Of a stretch of 64,000 bases of DNA, positions 44,393 through 55,174 are shown piece by piece. The DNA comes from a virus. Positions within the stretch are counted from its first letter, which is position 1; each line of letters opens with the position of its first letter. The translations under genes and the position numbers were made by a program. The notes beneath the pieces are model-generated. The model was given only the letters and a program-made list of their open reading frames with translations. It was not told where the DNA came from and searched no databases. The stretch is taken from IMG/VR virus record IMGVR_UViG_3300026233_000017; one strand, 5' to 3'.

Positions 44393-46545
44393 ATCTCGCT
44401 GACGGGTATGCACTGATGGTTCAGGCAGCGGTCGAGGGCATGCGCCCGGACCCCGAGCTGCTCTGCGACGAGTGGGCCGAGGAGTTCATGGTCCTGCCCA
44501 AGAGCGGCCCGAAGCCGGGGCGCTTCAGTTTCGACCACAGCTATCCAGCGCGTCGCGTGCACCAGGTGCTGTCGCCTGGCCACCCCTGCAAACGGGTGGT
44601 GGCGAAGGTCGCATCTCAGATGTTCAAGACGCAGACGGCTCTGAACTGGATCGGCTCGCTGATCCATCGCCGGCCGCGCAACATCCTGGCCCTCGAGCCG
44701 ACGGATACCCTGGTCAAGCGCTTCTCGGCGCGGATCTCGACCATGATCCGCAGCGTGCCGGAACTGAAAGAGCGCGTGGCTGCGGCGAAGAGCCGCGACT
44801 CCCGGAATACGGTGCAGGCCAAGGATTTTCTGGGCGACGCGACGCTGTACATGAACACGGCTGGCTCGGCCGCCAACCTGGCCGAAGTCTCCGCCCCCTA
44901 CATCTACGTCGACGAGATCGACCGGCTCGAGCTGAACGTCGATGGCGAAGGCGATCCTGTCGAGCTGGCCGAGGCCCGGGCCACGCAGTACGCGAACGAC
45001 GCCAAGTTTTTCTACACCTCCAGCCCGGCCATCGAGGGCTTCTCGAAGATCGACACCCTCTTCGAGATGGGCACAAAGGAGTACTACCACGTCCCGTGCC
45101 CGCACTGCGGCGAGCTGCACGCCCTGCTGCTTGAGAACTTCAAGTATCGGCGCGATGAAGACACAGGCTTCATGGTCCGGGCTTGGTTCGACTGCCCACA
45201 TTGCGGCTGCGAGATCGACGAACGGCACAAGACCTCGATGCTGCGCGACGTGGCGGCTGGCGGCCAGGCACGATGGGTCGCCACGGCCCAGGGCGATGGC
45301 GAGACCATCAGCTTCACGCTGTCGGCCTTCTACATGCCGGTGGGCGCGATCACCTGGCTCACGCTGGCGCGCCAGTACGCGCGGGCAAAGGACCGCCTGG
45401 CGCGTGGCGATCACGAGGCCATGCAGGTGTTCTACAACACCCGCCTGGGCCTGTCGTACAAGAATTCGGAGACCGTGACCACGGCCAAACAGCTGCGCGA
45501 CAGGGCTGAGAAATACCCGCTGCGCGTACTGCCCGACGCGGCCCTGGTGGCCATCCTGACGGCTGACACCCAGCCCAACCGCTTGGAGGTGCAGATCGAG
45601 GCCTGGGGGCCTGGCCTGGAGCATTGGGTGATCGACTATATCGTCCTCAACGGCGCGCCCACCGACCCGCCCGATACGCCGGGCAGCGTGTGGCAGCGCC
45701 TGGACGAGATCCGGCGCACGCCGCTGCTTCACGCATCGGGCCGGCCCATCATGATCAGCGCCTATGGCATCGATGCCGGTGGCGCGAACACGCAGGATGT
45801 CTACAACTACGGGTCAGCGCGCCGCACCTTGAACTGCACGGTGCTGCATGGTTCCTCGCGCCCGAACAAGCCCATCATGGGCAGCGCTCCCAGCCGCGTG
45901 GACATCGATTGGGGCGGCACCAAGACGCCCGGCGGCGTAGAGCTGTGGACGGTCGGTACCGACGTCGCCAAGGACTGGCTTTCCAACCGCATGCAGTTGG
46001 CCGAAGGCCCGGGCGCCATGCACTTCAACGATGCCCTGCCACCCGAATGGTTCGACCAGATGGTGGTAGAGCAGGCGCGTACGCGCTGGCAGAAGGGCCG
46101 CGCCATCCGCGAATGGGTCAAGCCCAATGGCGCGCGAAACGAGGCCTGGGACGTCAGTGTCTACAACCTTGCCATCGCCCATCAGCTGGGGCTGCACAAG
46201 TGGACCCCGTTGGATTGGCAGCGGCTGCGCGACAAGCTGATCCCCCCTATCGGCGATCTGTTCGCACCTGTACCGGCGCCAGTGCCGGCCCCCGTGCTGG
46301 CGGCGGCGCCAGTGCCCGAGCCGGTCGCGCCCGTGGCGCCCGTCCCGCAGCCTGCACCTGTGCCGGTACAGACGTCTGTACACGCCGAAGCGCCAAGCCC
46401 CGCGAGCGTGGTCCTGCCGCCGCCTGCAATGCCGCCACCGGCACCTGTCCCGCCCCCGCCGCCTGTCGCGGCCCGTTCGCCATTGCCCCACGTTGCCCGC
46501 CCGGCGCCCGTTGGCCGCCGCATTTACTCAAGAGGAATCCAATGA
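44389..46545 (+). CDS. terL: Terminase large subunit (copy 2)
   Basis: Repeat of 1137-3293. Confidence 0.93.
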   Translation: MNLADGYALMVQAAVEGMRPDPELLCDEWAEEFMVLPKSGPKPGRFSFDHSYPARRVHQVLSPGHPCKRVVAKVASQMFKTQTALNWIGSLIHRRPRNILALEPTDTLVKRFSARISTMIRSVPELKERVAAAKSRDSRNTVQAKDFLGDATLYMNTAGSAANLAEVSAPYIYVDEIDRLELNVDGEGDPVELAEARATQYANDAKFFYTSSPAIEGFSKIDTLFEMGTKEYYHVPCPHCGELHALLLENFKYRRDEDTGFMVRAWFDCPHCGCEIDERHKTSMLRDVAAGGQARWVATAQGDGETISFTLSAFYMPVGAITWLTLARQYARAKDRLARGDHEAMQVFYNTRLGLSYKNSETVTTAKQLRDRAEKYPLRVLPDAALVAILTADTQPNRLEVQIEAWGPGLEHWVIDYIVLNGAPTDPPDTPGSVWQRLDEIRRTPLLHASGRPIMISAYGIDAGGANTQDVYNYGSARRTLNCTVLHGSSRPNKPIMGSAPSRVDIDWGGTKTPGGVELWTVGTDVAKDWLSNRMQLAEGPGAMHFNDALPPEWFDQMVVEQARTRWQKGRAIREWVKPNGARNEAWDVSVYNLAIAHQLGLHKWTPLDWQRLRDKLIPPIGDLFAPVPAPVPAPVLAAAPVPEPVAPVAPVPQPAPVPVQTSVHAEAPSPASVVLPPPAMPPPAPVPPPPPVAARSPLPHVARPAPVGRRIYSRGIQ

Positions 46546-47036
46546 CCCGCCACGACGATCTCCACGACCCCGAAGCCCTGCGCCTGGCAGCCCCCGCGCC
46601 CGGCCAGGACGATGAGGCCGAGCCTCACGCCGACTATGAACAGCAGAACCTGGACCAGCTGTGCGAGCGCTGGGTGGCCTGGAAAGCCACTCGGCGCTTC
46701 TACGGGCCATCGCCGAGCATGGGGTCGATCCTGGGCCAGCTCAGCGGTGCGCGCACCAGGCCGCTGCGCACAGATGGGCCGAACGCTGCCTGCAGCGCTG
46801 AGCTGGCGGCCTTCCACCTGGCATACCAGTGCCAGCCGGATGCGCTGGACAAGCGGGTGTTCGACCTCTACTACGTGCATCGGGTCACGCCCGTGAAGGT
46901 CGCCGCCTCTGCGCTGGAGATCAGCCGCCAGCACTACTACCTGGTGTTGGCCTCGTTCCGAAAGCGGCTTTACTCTGCGTCACAGGCCATTCTTGAGGAA
47001 TGGAATCCAGGCAATAGCGCAGAAGTCAAGGATTAA
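46542..47036 (+). CDS. Q-like regulator (copy 2)
   Basis: Repeat of 3290-3784. Confidence 0.55.
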   Translation: MTRHDDLHDPEALRLAAPAPGQDDEAEPHADYEQQNLDQLCERWVAWKATRRFYGPSPSMGSILGQLSGARTRPLRTDGPNAACSAELAAFHLAYQCQPDALDKRVFDLYYVHRVTPVKVAASALEISRQHYYLVLASFRKRLYSASQAILEEWNPGNSAEVKD

Positions 47037-47235
47037 AGTGTCAGCTCTGGATATGACAATTTAGGCCTCGCTTTGATATGACACTTTGGCCCAAAATTGG
47101 CATCAATTCAGGTAGGTCTAAAAAATCCGCCTGAGGCAGAAAACACCCTCCCGACACCCAACCGCAGCAGCGAAAGTCGGTATCAGCCCCCGGTCTCCGA
47201 AAGGAGTCGGGGGCTTTGTTTTGGAGCCTTCATTC

Positions 47236-47988
47236 ATGCTTTCCATCCAACGCACGGGCGCCTCGATCGCTGACGTGATCGCGTCCGTGCGCGGTGTGCC
47301 GTCGCGCATGATCCCCTATGCGGCGGCCACTGCGCTTACCCGCTGCGCCAAGCAGGCGCAGACCGAGGATCTGCCGGCCGAGATGCGCAAGGTGTTCTCC
47401 AACCCCGTGCCCTATACGCTCAACGCGCTGCGCATCGAGCCTGCCAACAAGGACAACCTGATGGCGCGCGTCATGGTCAAGACCGGCGCGCATGCCCCGG
47501 GCGTCGCCCCGGAAAACTTCCTGTTCCCCGAGGTCGAGGGCGGCGTGCGCAAGCACAAGGGCCTGGAGATGGCCCTGCGCTACCAGGGCGTGCTGTCGCC
47601 CACGCAGTACGCCATGCCTGGAGCAGCAGCCAAGCTGGATGCCTACGGCAACGTCAGCGGCGCCCAGGTTCGCACCATCCTCAACGCCCTCAAGGGCATC
47701 CGCGCCGCCAGCTCCACGCGCGACCGTGCCACGGGTGCCAAGCTGCGCAAGGGCCGGCGCCTGGCCAACGACATGTTCGTAGGCCAGCCGCAGGGCGGTG
47801 TTCGGCCTGACGGCATCTGGCGGCGCGAGGGCAAGCGCCTGCGCGCCCTGTTCGTCTTCACCAGCGACGCGCCGGACTACTCGGTTCGGCTCGACTTCAG
47901 CGGCACCGTGCAGCGTGTGGCGCTGGCGCGCTTCCGCCCCGAGTTCGAGCGTGCGATCGCCGACCTGCAATCCAAAGGATCTTGGTAA
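47236..47988 (+). CDS. Virion morphogenesis protein (copy 2)
   Basis: Repeat of 3984-4736. Confidence 0.55.
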   Translation: MLSIQRTGASIADVIASVRGVPSRMIPYAAATALTRCAKQAQTEDLPAEMRKVFSNPVPYTLNALRIEPANKDNLMARVMVKTGAHAPGVAPENFLFPEVEGGVRKHKGLEMALRYQGVLSPTQYAMPGAAAKLDAYGNVSGAQVRTILNALKGIRAASSTRDRATGAKLRKGRRLANDMFVGQPQGGVRPDGIWRREGKRLRALFVFTSDAPDYSVRLDFSGTVQRVALARFRPEFERAIADLQSKGSW

Positions 47989-48230
47989 TGACTGATGCCG
48001 CCACTGAGCTGACGCAGGAGCGCGAGCGCCTGCAGTCCTATCTCGACGCCGAGCAACGCATCCTGAACTCGCAGGAGTACATGATCGGCAACGGACAGAC
48101 CGCCAGGCGCAACCGCCGCGCCGATCTCGAGCAGGTTCGCGCAGGCATTGAGCAGTGCCGCGCCAATATTGAGCGCCTGCAGGGCCGGGCCGGCCGCGTG
48201 CGCCGCGTCGCTTACCTGTCGCCCCGGTAA
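47988..48230 (+). CDS. gpW-like adaptor (copy 2)
   Basis: Repeat of 4736-4978. Confidence 0.7.
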   Translation: MTDAATELTQERERLQSYLDAEQRILNSQEYMIGNGQTARRNRRADLEQVRAGIEQCRANIERLQGRAGRVRRVAYLSPR

Positions 48231-48236
48231 ACCGCC

Positions 48237-49838
48237 ATGGAACTCAATCTGCTTGACCGCGCGATTGCAGCGGTGGCTCCGGGCTGGGCGGCCGATAGGG
48301 CGCTGTCCCGCGCCAAGATCCAGACGCTGGGGGCAATGCAGGCAATGGGCGGCGAGATGCCATCCGCCGGTTCTGCCTCTCCACGCCGCTTCTGGAGCCC
48401 GCGTCCCCGGGATGCTCGGTCGGACACGATGCGCCAACTGCCTTTCCAGCGTGGCGCCTCGCGCGAGCTGGCGCGCACCAGCCCCATCGCCGTGGGTGCC
48501 ATCAACACCAACATCGACCGGGTCGTGGGCACAGGCCTGGCGCTCAGCGCGCAGCCGAATCTGGCGGTGCTGGGCTGGTCGCGCGATCGCGCGCTGGCCT
48601 GGAAAGCCAAGGTGCAGCAGGAATTCAGCCTGTGGGCCGACAGCACCGAGTGCGATATCGAGGGCAAACAGAATTTCTACCAGCTGCAGGCTCTGGTGCT
48701 GCGGTCGGCGCTGGAAAGTGGCGACTGCTTCTCGCTGCTGCCTGATGGCGAGCGCACGGCCACCCAGCCCTACGAGCTGCGCATCCAGGTGCTGGAAGCC
48801 GATCGCGTCGGCAACCCCGGTGGCAAGGCCGACAGTGACACCGTCGCCGGCGGTGTACGCCTGAACGCTCACGGTGCACCAGAGGCCTACCACCTGTACG
48901 ACAAGCACCCGGGCAGCGGCTTGCCGGCAGTGGGTGGCGCGTACAGGGGCGAATGGATCGAACGCCTGGGTCGCAGCGGTCGCCGCCGCATGCTGCACCA
49001 CTTCCGCTGCCTACGCCCGGGCATGCCCCGGGGCGTGCCTTACCTGGCGCCCATCATCGACTGCATCAAGCAGATCTCGCGCTACACCGAGGCCGAGATC
49101 ATGGCGGCGGTGCTAACCGCCTACCTCACGGTGTTCATCGAAGCACCAGGGGGCAACGCGGCGCCGGTATTCGACGGCACCAGCTCGACCCACTCCGAGG
49201 CCCCGGCCGACATCGCCCTGGGCCAGGGCGCGGTCATAGGCCTGCAGCCTGGCGAGAAGGTCCAAATGGTGAACCCGGTGCGGCCGAATCCGAACTTCGA
49301 GCCCTTCATCCAGGCCGTCATCAAGCAGATGGGCATCGCCCTGGGCCTTCCCTTCGAGCTGCTGACCAAGCAATTCAACGCCAGCTATTCCGCGAGCAAG
49401 GCCGCGCTGCTGGATGCCTGGGTGTACTTCCGCAGCGTGCGCTACTGGCTTTCGCTGAGCTTCTGCCAACCCGTGTTCGAGACCTGGCTGGCCGAAGCCG
49501 TGGCCATTGGCCGCGTGCCCGCGCCGGGCTTCTTTGCCGACCCGCTGCTGCGCTGGGCCTACACGCGGGCCGCATGGCCGGGCGACAGCATGGGCAGCAT
49601 CGATCCCAAGGCCGAGGTGGAGGCCTACGTCGAGGCCATCGACGCGCGGCTGATGACTCGCGAGCGTGCCGAGTGGGAACTGTTCGGCAGCGGATGGGAT
49701 GAGACCTACGACCAGAAGCTGGCCGAGTACGAGCGACTGGTCAAAGACGGAATGCTGCCCACGCCCAAGGCCGGCGCTGCGGCGCCCCAGCAACCCAAAA
49801 CAACCCCTCCGAAACAAGCCCCCCAGGAGCAGGAATGA
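48237..49838 (+). CDS. Portal (copy 2)
   Basis: Repeat of 4985-6586. Confidence 0.92.
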   Translation: MELNLLDRAIAAVAPGWAADRALSRAKIQTLGAMQAMGGEMPSAGSASPRRFWSPRPRDARSDTMRQLPFQRGASRELARTSPIAVGAINTNIDRVVGTGLALSAQPNLAVLGWSRDRALAWKAKVQQEFSLWADSTECDIEGKQNFYQLQALVLRSALESGDCFSLLPDGERTATQPYELRIQVLEADRVGNPGGKADSDTVAGGVRLNAHGAPEAYHLYDKHPGSGLPAVGGAYRGEWIERLGRSGRRRMLHHFRCLRPGMPRGVPYLAPIIDCIKQISRYTEAEIMAAVLTAYLTVFIEAPGGNAAPVFDGTSSTHSEAPADIALGQGAVIGLQPGEKVQMVNPVRPNPNFEPFIQAVIKQMGIALGLPFELLTKQFNASYSASKAALLDAWVYFRSVRYWLSLSFCQPVFETWLAEAVAIGRVPAPGFFADPLLRWAYTRAAWPGDSMGSIDPKAEVEAYVEAIDARLMTRERAEWELFGSGWDETYDQKLAEYERLVKDGMLPTPKAGAAAPQQPKTTPPKQAPQEQE

Positions 49839-50149
49839 GCACTGATCTCGCCCCCTTGACCGAGTCCCACCACCACCGCCGCCGCATGGTGTTCGACCCG
49901 ACGATCAACCTCGGTCACATGCTGACCTTCGTCGGCTTTCTGGTGGCCGGTTTTTCTGCGTACAGCACGCTGGACAAGCGCGTCAGCGTCACCGAGATCC
50001 AGGCCACCGTTGCCATCGAGCGCATGCGCGAGCAGGACTCGCGCATGAAGGAAACGCTGACGGACATCCGACGCGACGTCAAGGATCTGCAGAAGTCCAT
50101 GAACGATGTGAACCGCTACCTGAGCAGCGGGCCGAGCAGGGGAGGCTGA
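49835..50149 (+). CDS. TM coiled-coil protein (copy 2)
   Basis: Repeat of 6583-6897. Confidence 0.6.
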   Translation: MSTDLAPLTESHHHRRRMVFDPTINLGHMLTFVGFLVAGFSAYSTLDKRVSVTEIQATVAIERMREQDSRMKETLTDIRRDVKDLQKSMNDVNRYLSSGPSRGG

Positions 50150-50153
50150 CACC

Positions 50154-51506
50154 ATGACGCTGCACGACATGATCCTTGGCGCCTGGGCCATCGAGCCGGG
50201 CATGCTGCGGGAGATCCAGGGCATCTACGCCATGCATCTGCGCGGCGAGAAGCTGGACCTTGACGCCATCGAGGCCCGGCTGGGCCGGCCGCTGGCGCAC
50301 GAACAGCAGGAGTACGAGGTCTTGCCCGGCGGTGTGGCGCTGTTGAAGCTGTCCGGTGTGATGGCCCCCAAGGCCAACCTGTTCATGCGCGTGTCGGGCG
50401 GCATCAGCACCCGGCAGGCCACGCTGCAGATCGAAAGCGCCCTGGCAGACGCGCGGGTGCGCAGCATCGTGGTAGCGATGGATACGCCCGGCGGCAACGT
50501 GATCGGCGTGCCGGAGTTTGCCCAGGCCATCCACGATGCCGGTGCCATCAAGCCGCTGGTCGTGCACGCCAGCGAGATGCTGCTGAGCGCGGGCATGTGG
50601 TCCGGCAGCGGCGCCAACGCCATCTTTGTCAGCGGCTCTGTCGTCAGCGTGGGAAGCATCGGCGTGGTGGTGGACCGCGAGTTCGACCCCTCGTCTCGCG
50701 TGCAGCAGGAAAGCATCACAGCGGGCAAATACAAGCGCTTGTCCAAGCCGAACGAGCCCCTGTCCGATGAGGCCCGGGCCGTTGTCCAGGCGGACGTCGA
50801 CTACGTCTACACGCTGTTCGTGGACGACGTTGCGCGTAACCGGGGCGTCAGCGCCGAGCAAGTTCTCGAGCACATGGCCGATGGCCGCGTGTTCCGTGGC
50901 CAGCAGGCCATCGATGCGGGGTTGGTGGACGGTGTCTCCACCCTCGACGCATTGCTGGACCGCATGGCCGCAGATCCCACCGAGTTCGCATCGCGCCGCA
51001 AGGCCGTGATCAAGCCGGTGGCCCCGTCAGCAAGCGCCGGTGCTGCGCCCAAAGACAAAACCTCAACCCGTGATCCAAAGGAAACAGCAATGTCCGATTC
51101 CATCACGCGTGCGTCTTTCGAGCAGGACCACGCCCCCCTCTTCGCGGCCATCAAGGCCGAATTCATCGTCTTGGGCGCTGCCCAGGAGCGCGACCGCATC
51201 AAGGCGGTCCTGGCCGTGGGCGAGGGCCTGCCCGGCCACGAGGAACTGCTGCAGGGCCTGGCCTTCGACGGCAAGACCTCGGCTGCCGACGCCAGCCTGG
51301 CGGTGCTGGGCGCTGAGAAGGCGCTGCGTGCTGCTGCCATCGAGGCCCACAAGCAGGATGCGCCGCCAGCTGCCAAGGGCAGCGCCGCCCCGGCCGACAA
51401 GGGCGAAAAGACCAAGGCGCAGCAGGTCGAAGAGGCCAAGGCCGTGGCGAAGGAGCAGGGCATCAGCCTCGTCGCCGCGCTCAAGGAACTGGGCTACGCC
51501 AGCTGA
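50154..51506 (+). CDS. S49 protease/scaffold (copy 2)
   Basis: Repeat of 6902-8254. Confidence 0.9.
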   Translation: MTLHDMILGAWAIEPGMLREIQGIYAMHLRGEKLDLDAIEARLGRPLAHEQQEYEVLPGGVALLKLSGVMAPKANLFMRVSGGISTRQATLQIESALADARVRSIVVAMDTPGGNVIGVPEFAQAIHDAGAIKPLVVHASEMLLSAGMWSGSGANAIFVSGSVVSVGSIGVVVDREFDPSSRVQQESITAGKYKRLSKPNEPLSDEARAVVQADVDYVYTLFVDDVARNRGVSAEQVLEHMADGRVFRGQQAIDAGLVDGVSTLDALLDRMAADPTEFASRRKAVIKPVAPSASAGAAPKDKTSTRDPKETAMSDSITRASFEQDHAPLFAAIKAEFIVLGAAQERDRIKAVLAVGEGLPGHEELLQGLAFDGKTSAADASLAVLGAEKALRAAAIEAHKQDAPPAAKGSAAPADKGEKTKAQQVEEAKAVAKEQGISLVAALKELGYAS

Positions 51507-51543
51507 GCGCCCGGATCGTCAACCCCCTCACTAGGAGCACAAC

Positions 51544-51915
51544 ATGCCCTCCGGGAACATTTCCACTCTGACCCTCACCGTGGTGGCCAGCGCCGCCGTC
51601 TCGGCCGAACGCTTCGTCACGCAGTCCGGCGGCTATCCCGCCGCCGGCGGCGTTGCCTTCGGTGTCACGCGCACCAGCGCAGCCCAGGCCGGTGATCTGC
51701 TGCCCGTCGATGTGCAGGGCACTTCCATCGTCGAGGCGGGCGCTGCCATCTCCCTGGACGCTGCACTCATGGTCGATGCGCAGGGCCGCGTCGTGCCTTT
51801 GACCGTGGGCAGCAAGAGCCCTGTGGCCCGAGCGCTCGGCACAGCTGCCGCAGCGGGCGAGCGCATCGAGGTGCTGCTGGTTCCGTCCGCCGGCCTGGTC
51901 AGCGCTGCCGCCTGA
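51544..51915 (+). CDS. Decoration protein (copy 2)
   Basis: Repeat of 8292-8663. Confidence 0.75.
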   Translation: MPSGNISTLTLTVVASAAVSAERFVTQSGGYPAAGGVAFGVTRTSAAQAGDLLPVDVQGTSIVEAGAAISLDAALMVDAQGRVVPLTVGSKSPVARALGTAAAAGERIEVLLVPSAGLVSAAA

Positions 51916-51951
51916 TCCATCCCATCCCTGAATCACTCTCTGGAGAAACTC

Positions 51952-52890
51952 ATGCCGCAACCCAACCTTTCCGATCTCCGCGTCGTCGATCCCATCCTCA
52001 CCGAGGTGGCGCGGGGCTACGGCTCGCCAAATGCCAAGATCGCCAGCATTCTGTTCCCCATCGTGCAGGTCGGCCAGCGAGCCGGCACTATCCTGGTTTT
52101 CGGCCCTGAGAGCTTTCGCCTGGTGAACACGGCACGTGCGCCCGGTGCAAACACCAAGCGCATCCAGCTGGGCTATGCCAAGGGCAAGTACTCGCTGGTG
52201 GATCACCGCCTGGAAGGCCAGGTCCCCATCGAGAATGAAGAGGAAGCACAGGCCGTTCCCGGCATCGACATGGGCGCCATGGCGGTCAACACGGTGCAGG
52301 ACGTGATGGCCAATGAGCGCGAGAAGCTCGCCGCCGATTTGGCTCGCAACCCTGCCAACTACCCCACGGAAAACAAGACGGCCTTGTCCGGCTCCAGCAA
52401 GTGGACCGACCCCAACAGCAACCCAGCCGAGGATGTCAACGAGGCCAAGGAAGTGATCCGCAAGAAGATCGGCAAGAAGCCGAATGTCATGACCGTTGGC
52501 CCCCGGGTGTTGTCGGCGCTGCGCAACCACCCCAAGATCCTGGACCGCATCAGCGTGACGGTGGACCGCGTGCCGGCGACCATCGAGCAGTTGCAGCGCC
52601 TGCTGGAGATCGACCGCATCGTCGAAGGCGAAGCCACCTACTACGAGGGCAGCGAATTCAAGGACATGTGGGGCCTGGACGCCATCCTGGCCTACACCAC
52701 GCCGGCCTCGATGCAGCAGCGGGGTTCGCCGAACTACGGCTACACGTACCAGCTCAAGGACCGTCCCCAAGTCGAAGAGCCGTACTTCGACAAGAACACG
52801 CAGACGTGGTACTACCCCGTCTCCGACGCCTACAGCCCCGAGCTGGTCGGCGCCACAGCGGGCTTCCTGTTCCAGGGCGCGGCAGCGTAA
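51952..52890 (+). CDS. Major capsid protein (copy 2)
   Basis: Repeat of 8700-9638. Confidence 0.85.
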   Translation: MPQPNLSDLRVVDPILTEVARGYGSPNAKIASILFPIVQVGQRAGTILVFGPESFRLVNTARAPGANTKRIQLGYAKGKYSLVDHRLEGQVPIENEEEAQAVPGIDMGAMAVNTVQDVMANEREKLAADLARNPANYPTENKTALSGSSKWTDPNSNPAEDVNEAKEVIRKKIGKKPNVMTVGPRVLSALRNHPKILDRISVTVDRVPATIEQLQRLLEIDRIVEGEATYYEGSEFKDMWGLDAILAYTTPASMQQRGSPNYGYTYQLKDRPQVEEPYFDKNTQTWYYPVSDAYSPELVGATAGFLFQGAAA

Positions 52891-52895
52891 CGGCC

Positions 52896-53330
52896 ATGCC
52901 GAAGTACACCGTACTGTCGCCCGTCAAGCATGACGGGAAGCGCCACAGCGTGGGCAGCCCCATCACGCTCAAGGCCGACGAGGGCGCGGCCCTGGTCGCG
53001 CTGGGCGTGCTGGAGGACCCAGCGATCGACGCAGCCCGTGCTGCAGCCGAGAAGGCCGAAGCCGCGCGCCTGGTGGCCGAGAAGGCTGCTGCGGAGCAGG
53101 CCGAAGCCGAGCGCCAGGCAGCCGAGAAGGCTGCTGCGGAGCAGGCCGAGGCCGAGCGCCAGGCTGCCGAGAAGGCTGCTGCGGAGCAGGCCGAAGCCGA
53201 GCGCCAGGCTGCCGAGAAGGCTGCTGCGGAGCAGGCCGAGGCCGAGCGCCAGGCTGCCGAGAAGGCTGCTGCGGAGAAGGCCGAAGCCGAACGCCTCGCT
53301 GACGACAAGGCCAAGGGCGGGAAGGCCTGA
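52896..53330 (+). CDS. EAK-repeat protein (copy 2)
   Basis: Repeat of 9644-10078, same repeat count. Confidence 0.75.
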   Translation: MPKYTVLSPVKHDGKRHSVGSPITLKADEGAALVALGVLEDPAIDAARAAAEKAEAARLVAEKAAAEQAEAERQAAEKAAAEQAEAERQAAEKAAAEQAEAERQAAEKAAAEQAEAERQAAEKAAAEKAEAERLADDKAKGGKA

Positions 53331-53332
53331 CC

Positions 53333-53668
53333 ATGCTGGACCTCGACCGCGACCTGCGCGAGGTGTTCTACGGCGACGACTTCGCCCTGACGTTCTCCAT
53401 CGAGCGACAGGGCGCAGTCGTGGGCTCGGCCGCAGGGATTCTCGGCGTCATAGACGACGAGGCCCTGGATGGCCGGGTCTTCGCCGCAGAGAGGACGCTG
53501 CGGCTGCCCTCGATGCACGAACTGCTCGAGCGCGATGTGCTGATCATGCTGGCCGATGAGCCCACCATCGGCGTGCGGGTCGGCGACCGTTTTCGAGTAC
53601 TGGCCGAGCCGAAGCGCGTCAACGATGGATCTGAGATGGAGGCGCTGCTGGGCAGCGTGCAGCCATGA
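53333..53668 (+). CDS. Head closure protein (copy 2)
   Basis: Repeat of 10081-10416. Confidence 0.6.
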   Translation: MLDLDRDLREVFYGDDFALTFSIERQGAVVGSAAGILGVIDDEALDGRVFAAERTLRLPSMHELLERDVLIMLADEPTIGVRVGDRFRVLAEPKRVNDGSEMEALLGSVQP

Positions 53669-54126
53669 GCCAGCCCCATCCTGACGTGCTGCGCTATGGC
53701 GCGCCTTTCGTGATCGGACGCACCATCTACCAGGCGCTGCAGGCCGCCCCAGGTCTGCAGGGTGCTGTGTTGCGCGACAACCCCTTGGCCGCTGCCGACC
53801 TGAAGACAGGCGGGCGGGTGCTGTTCGTGGAGGACCAGGCGGACAAGCCCAGGGGCGATCAGCCCGGCCAGCGTCCCCGACGCTCCTACGGATTCTCCCT
53901 CGGTGTCATCAGCCGGGTGGAAGCCGCACGCGAGCAGGCCCATGCCGACTACCGCGTCGCCAAGCGTGCCGTGCTCGAGTGCATGCCGCTGCTCACGCAG
54001 ATGGGCATCGAAATCGAGGGCGGCGGCATGGCCGAGGGCGAGGTGCGCTACCAGCTCGAAAACATCGACGTGGGCGGGGCGCTGGTGCTGGGCCTGTTCA
54101 CGCTCGCCTACCGCGATCCGACATAG
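53665..54126 (+). CDS. Tail terminator-like protein (copy 2)
   Basis: Repeat of 10413-10874. Confidence 0.55.
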   Translation: MSQPHPDVLRYGAPFVIGRTIYQALQAAPGLQGAVLRDNPLAAADLKTGGRVLFVEDQADKPRGDQPGQRPRRSYGFSLGVISRVEAAREQAHADYRVAKRAVLECMPLLTQMGIEIEGGGMAEGEVRYQLENIDVGGALVLGLFTLAYRDPT

Positions 54127-54192
54127 GCGTCGGATCGATTCAGCAGATTGCCCGCCTTGAGCGGGTTTCGTTTTTTTTGGAAGGAAATCACC

Positions 54193-54969
54193 ATGTCCAC
54201 CACAGCACGTGCCATCCTGGCCGGGGGCCTTGTCTCGCTCAACATCTGGAATACGGCCGCTCAGGCCTATGACGGTTTCGGCGAATCGCTCGACGCCGAC
54301 AAGTTCGAGATCAAGCCCAATTTCGAGGAGAAGGTCTCCGAATCCCGCTCCCACCTCGACTACGGCCAGGCCCGGGCGTCGGTGGTGCTGCCCAAGCCCA
54401 CCGAGATCACCGTCGAACTGTCGGCCGCCAGCGTTGCTGCCATGGCCATGCAGTTCCAAGGCCTTGTGGAAACGGTCACGCAGGGTTCGGGCACGCTGAC
54501 CGACCAGAACTTTGTTGTCAGCGCCGTGGGCGTTTGGCTGCCTGTGGGTAAACGCAATCTGAGCGACCAGGGCTTCGCGGTCAAGCCCGCAGGAGCTGGG
54601 GATGACTATGTCCTTGGCACCCACTACGAAGTCAACTGGCTGCGCGGGGAGATCCGCATTCTGGCAACGAATGGGGCGCCTGCGAAGGACGACACGGTAC
54701 GGTTGACAGGCACCTATGCTGCTGTGGACGGCAAGAAGATCCTGGGCGGACGTGTTACCCAGGTGCGCTGCCAGGCCCGCTTCGACGGAAAGAACATGGT
54801 GGACGGCTCGCCGATCGAGGTGGACGTTCACGAATGCGTGCTGGGCGCCAACAACGGCTTCGACTTCCTTGGCTCGGACTACTCGGCAATCACCCTGACC
54901 GGGAAGATCGTCACGCCGGCGGGCAAGACCGAAGGCTACGAGGTCCGTTTCCCGACCGCAGGCGACTGA
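54193..54969 (+). CDS. Tail tube (copy 2)
   Basis: Repeat of 10941-11717. Confidence 0.8.
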   Translation: MSTTARAILAGGLVSLNIWNTAAQAYDGFGESLDADKFEIKPNFEEKVSESRSHLDYGQARASVVLPKPTEITVELSAASVAAMAMQFQGLVETVTQGSGTLTDQNFVVSAVGVWLPVGKRNLSDQGFAVKPAGAGDDYVLGTHYEVNWLRGEIRILATNGAPAKDDTVRLTGTYAAVDGKKILGGRVTQVRCQARFDGKNMVDGSPIEVDVHECVLGANNGFDFLGSDYSAITLTGKIVTPAGKTEGYEVRFPTAGD

Positions 54970-55152
54970 TCAGCGGCGCGGTGCAGACGTCTGTACCGCG
55001 CCCATCAGCAGCAGCACCGGCCATCCCACCACCACGGTGGCGATGGCCCCGGCGCCGATCGCCATCAGGCGCTCGGAATCCAGCCACAGGCCCAGCAGGG
55101 CCAGCGGCAATCCCGCGCACACCAGTGCGATGCACCAGATCAATCCTCTCAT
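54970..55152 (-). CDS. Antisense membrane protein (copy 2)
   Basis: Repeat of 11718-11900. Confidence 0.55.
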   Translation of the reverse strand: MRGLIWCIALVCAGLPLALLGLWLDSERLMAIGAGAIATVVVGWPVLLLMGAVQTSAPRR

Positions 55153-55174
55153 CACCTGACCTCTGAGCGCCAAC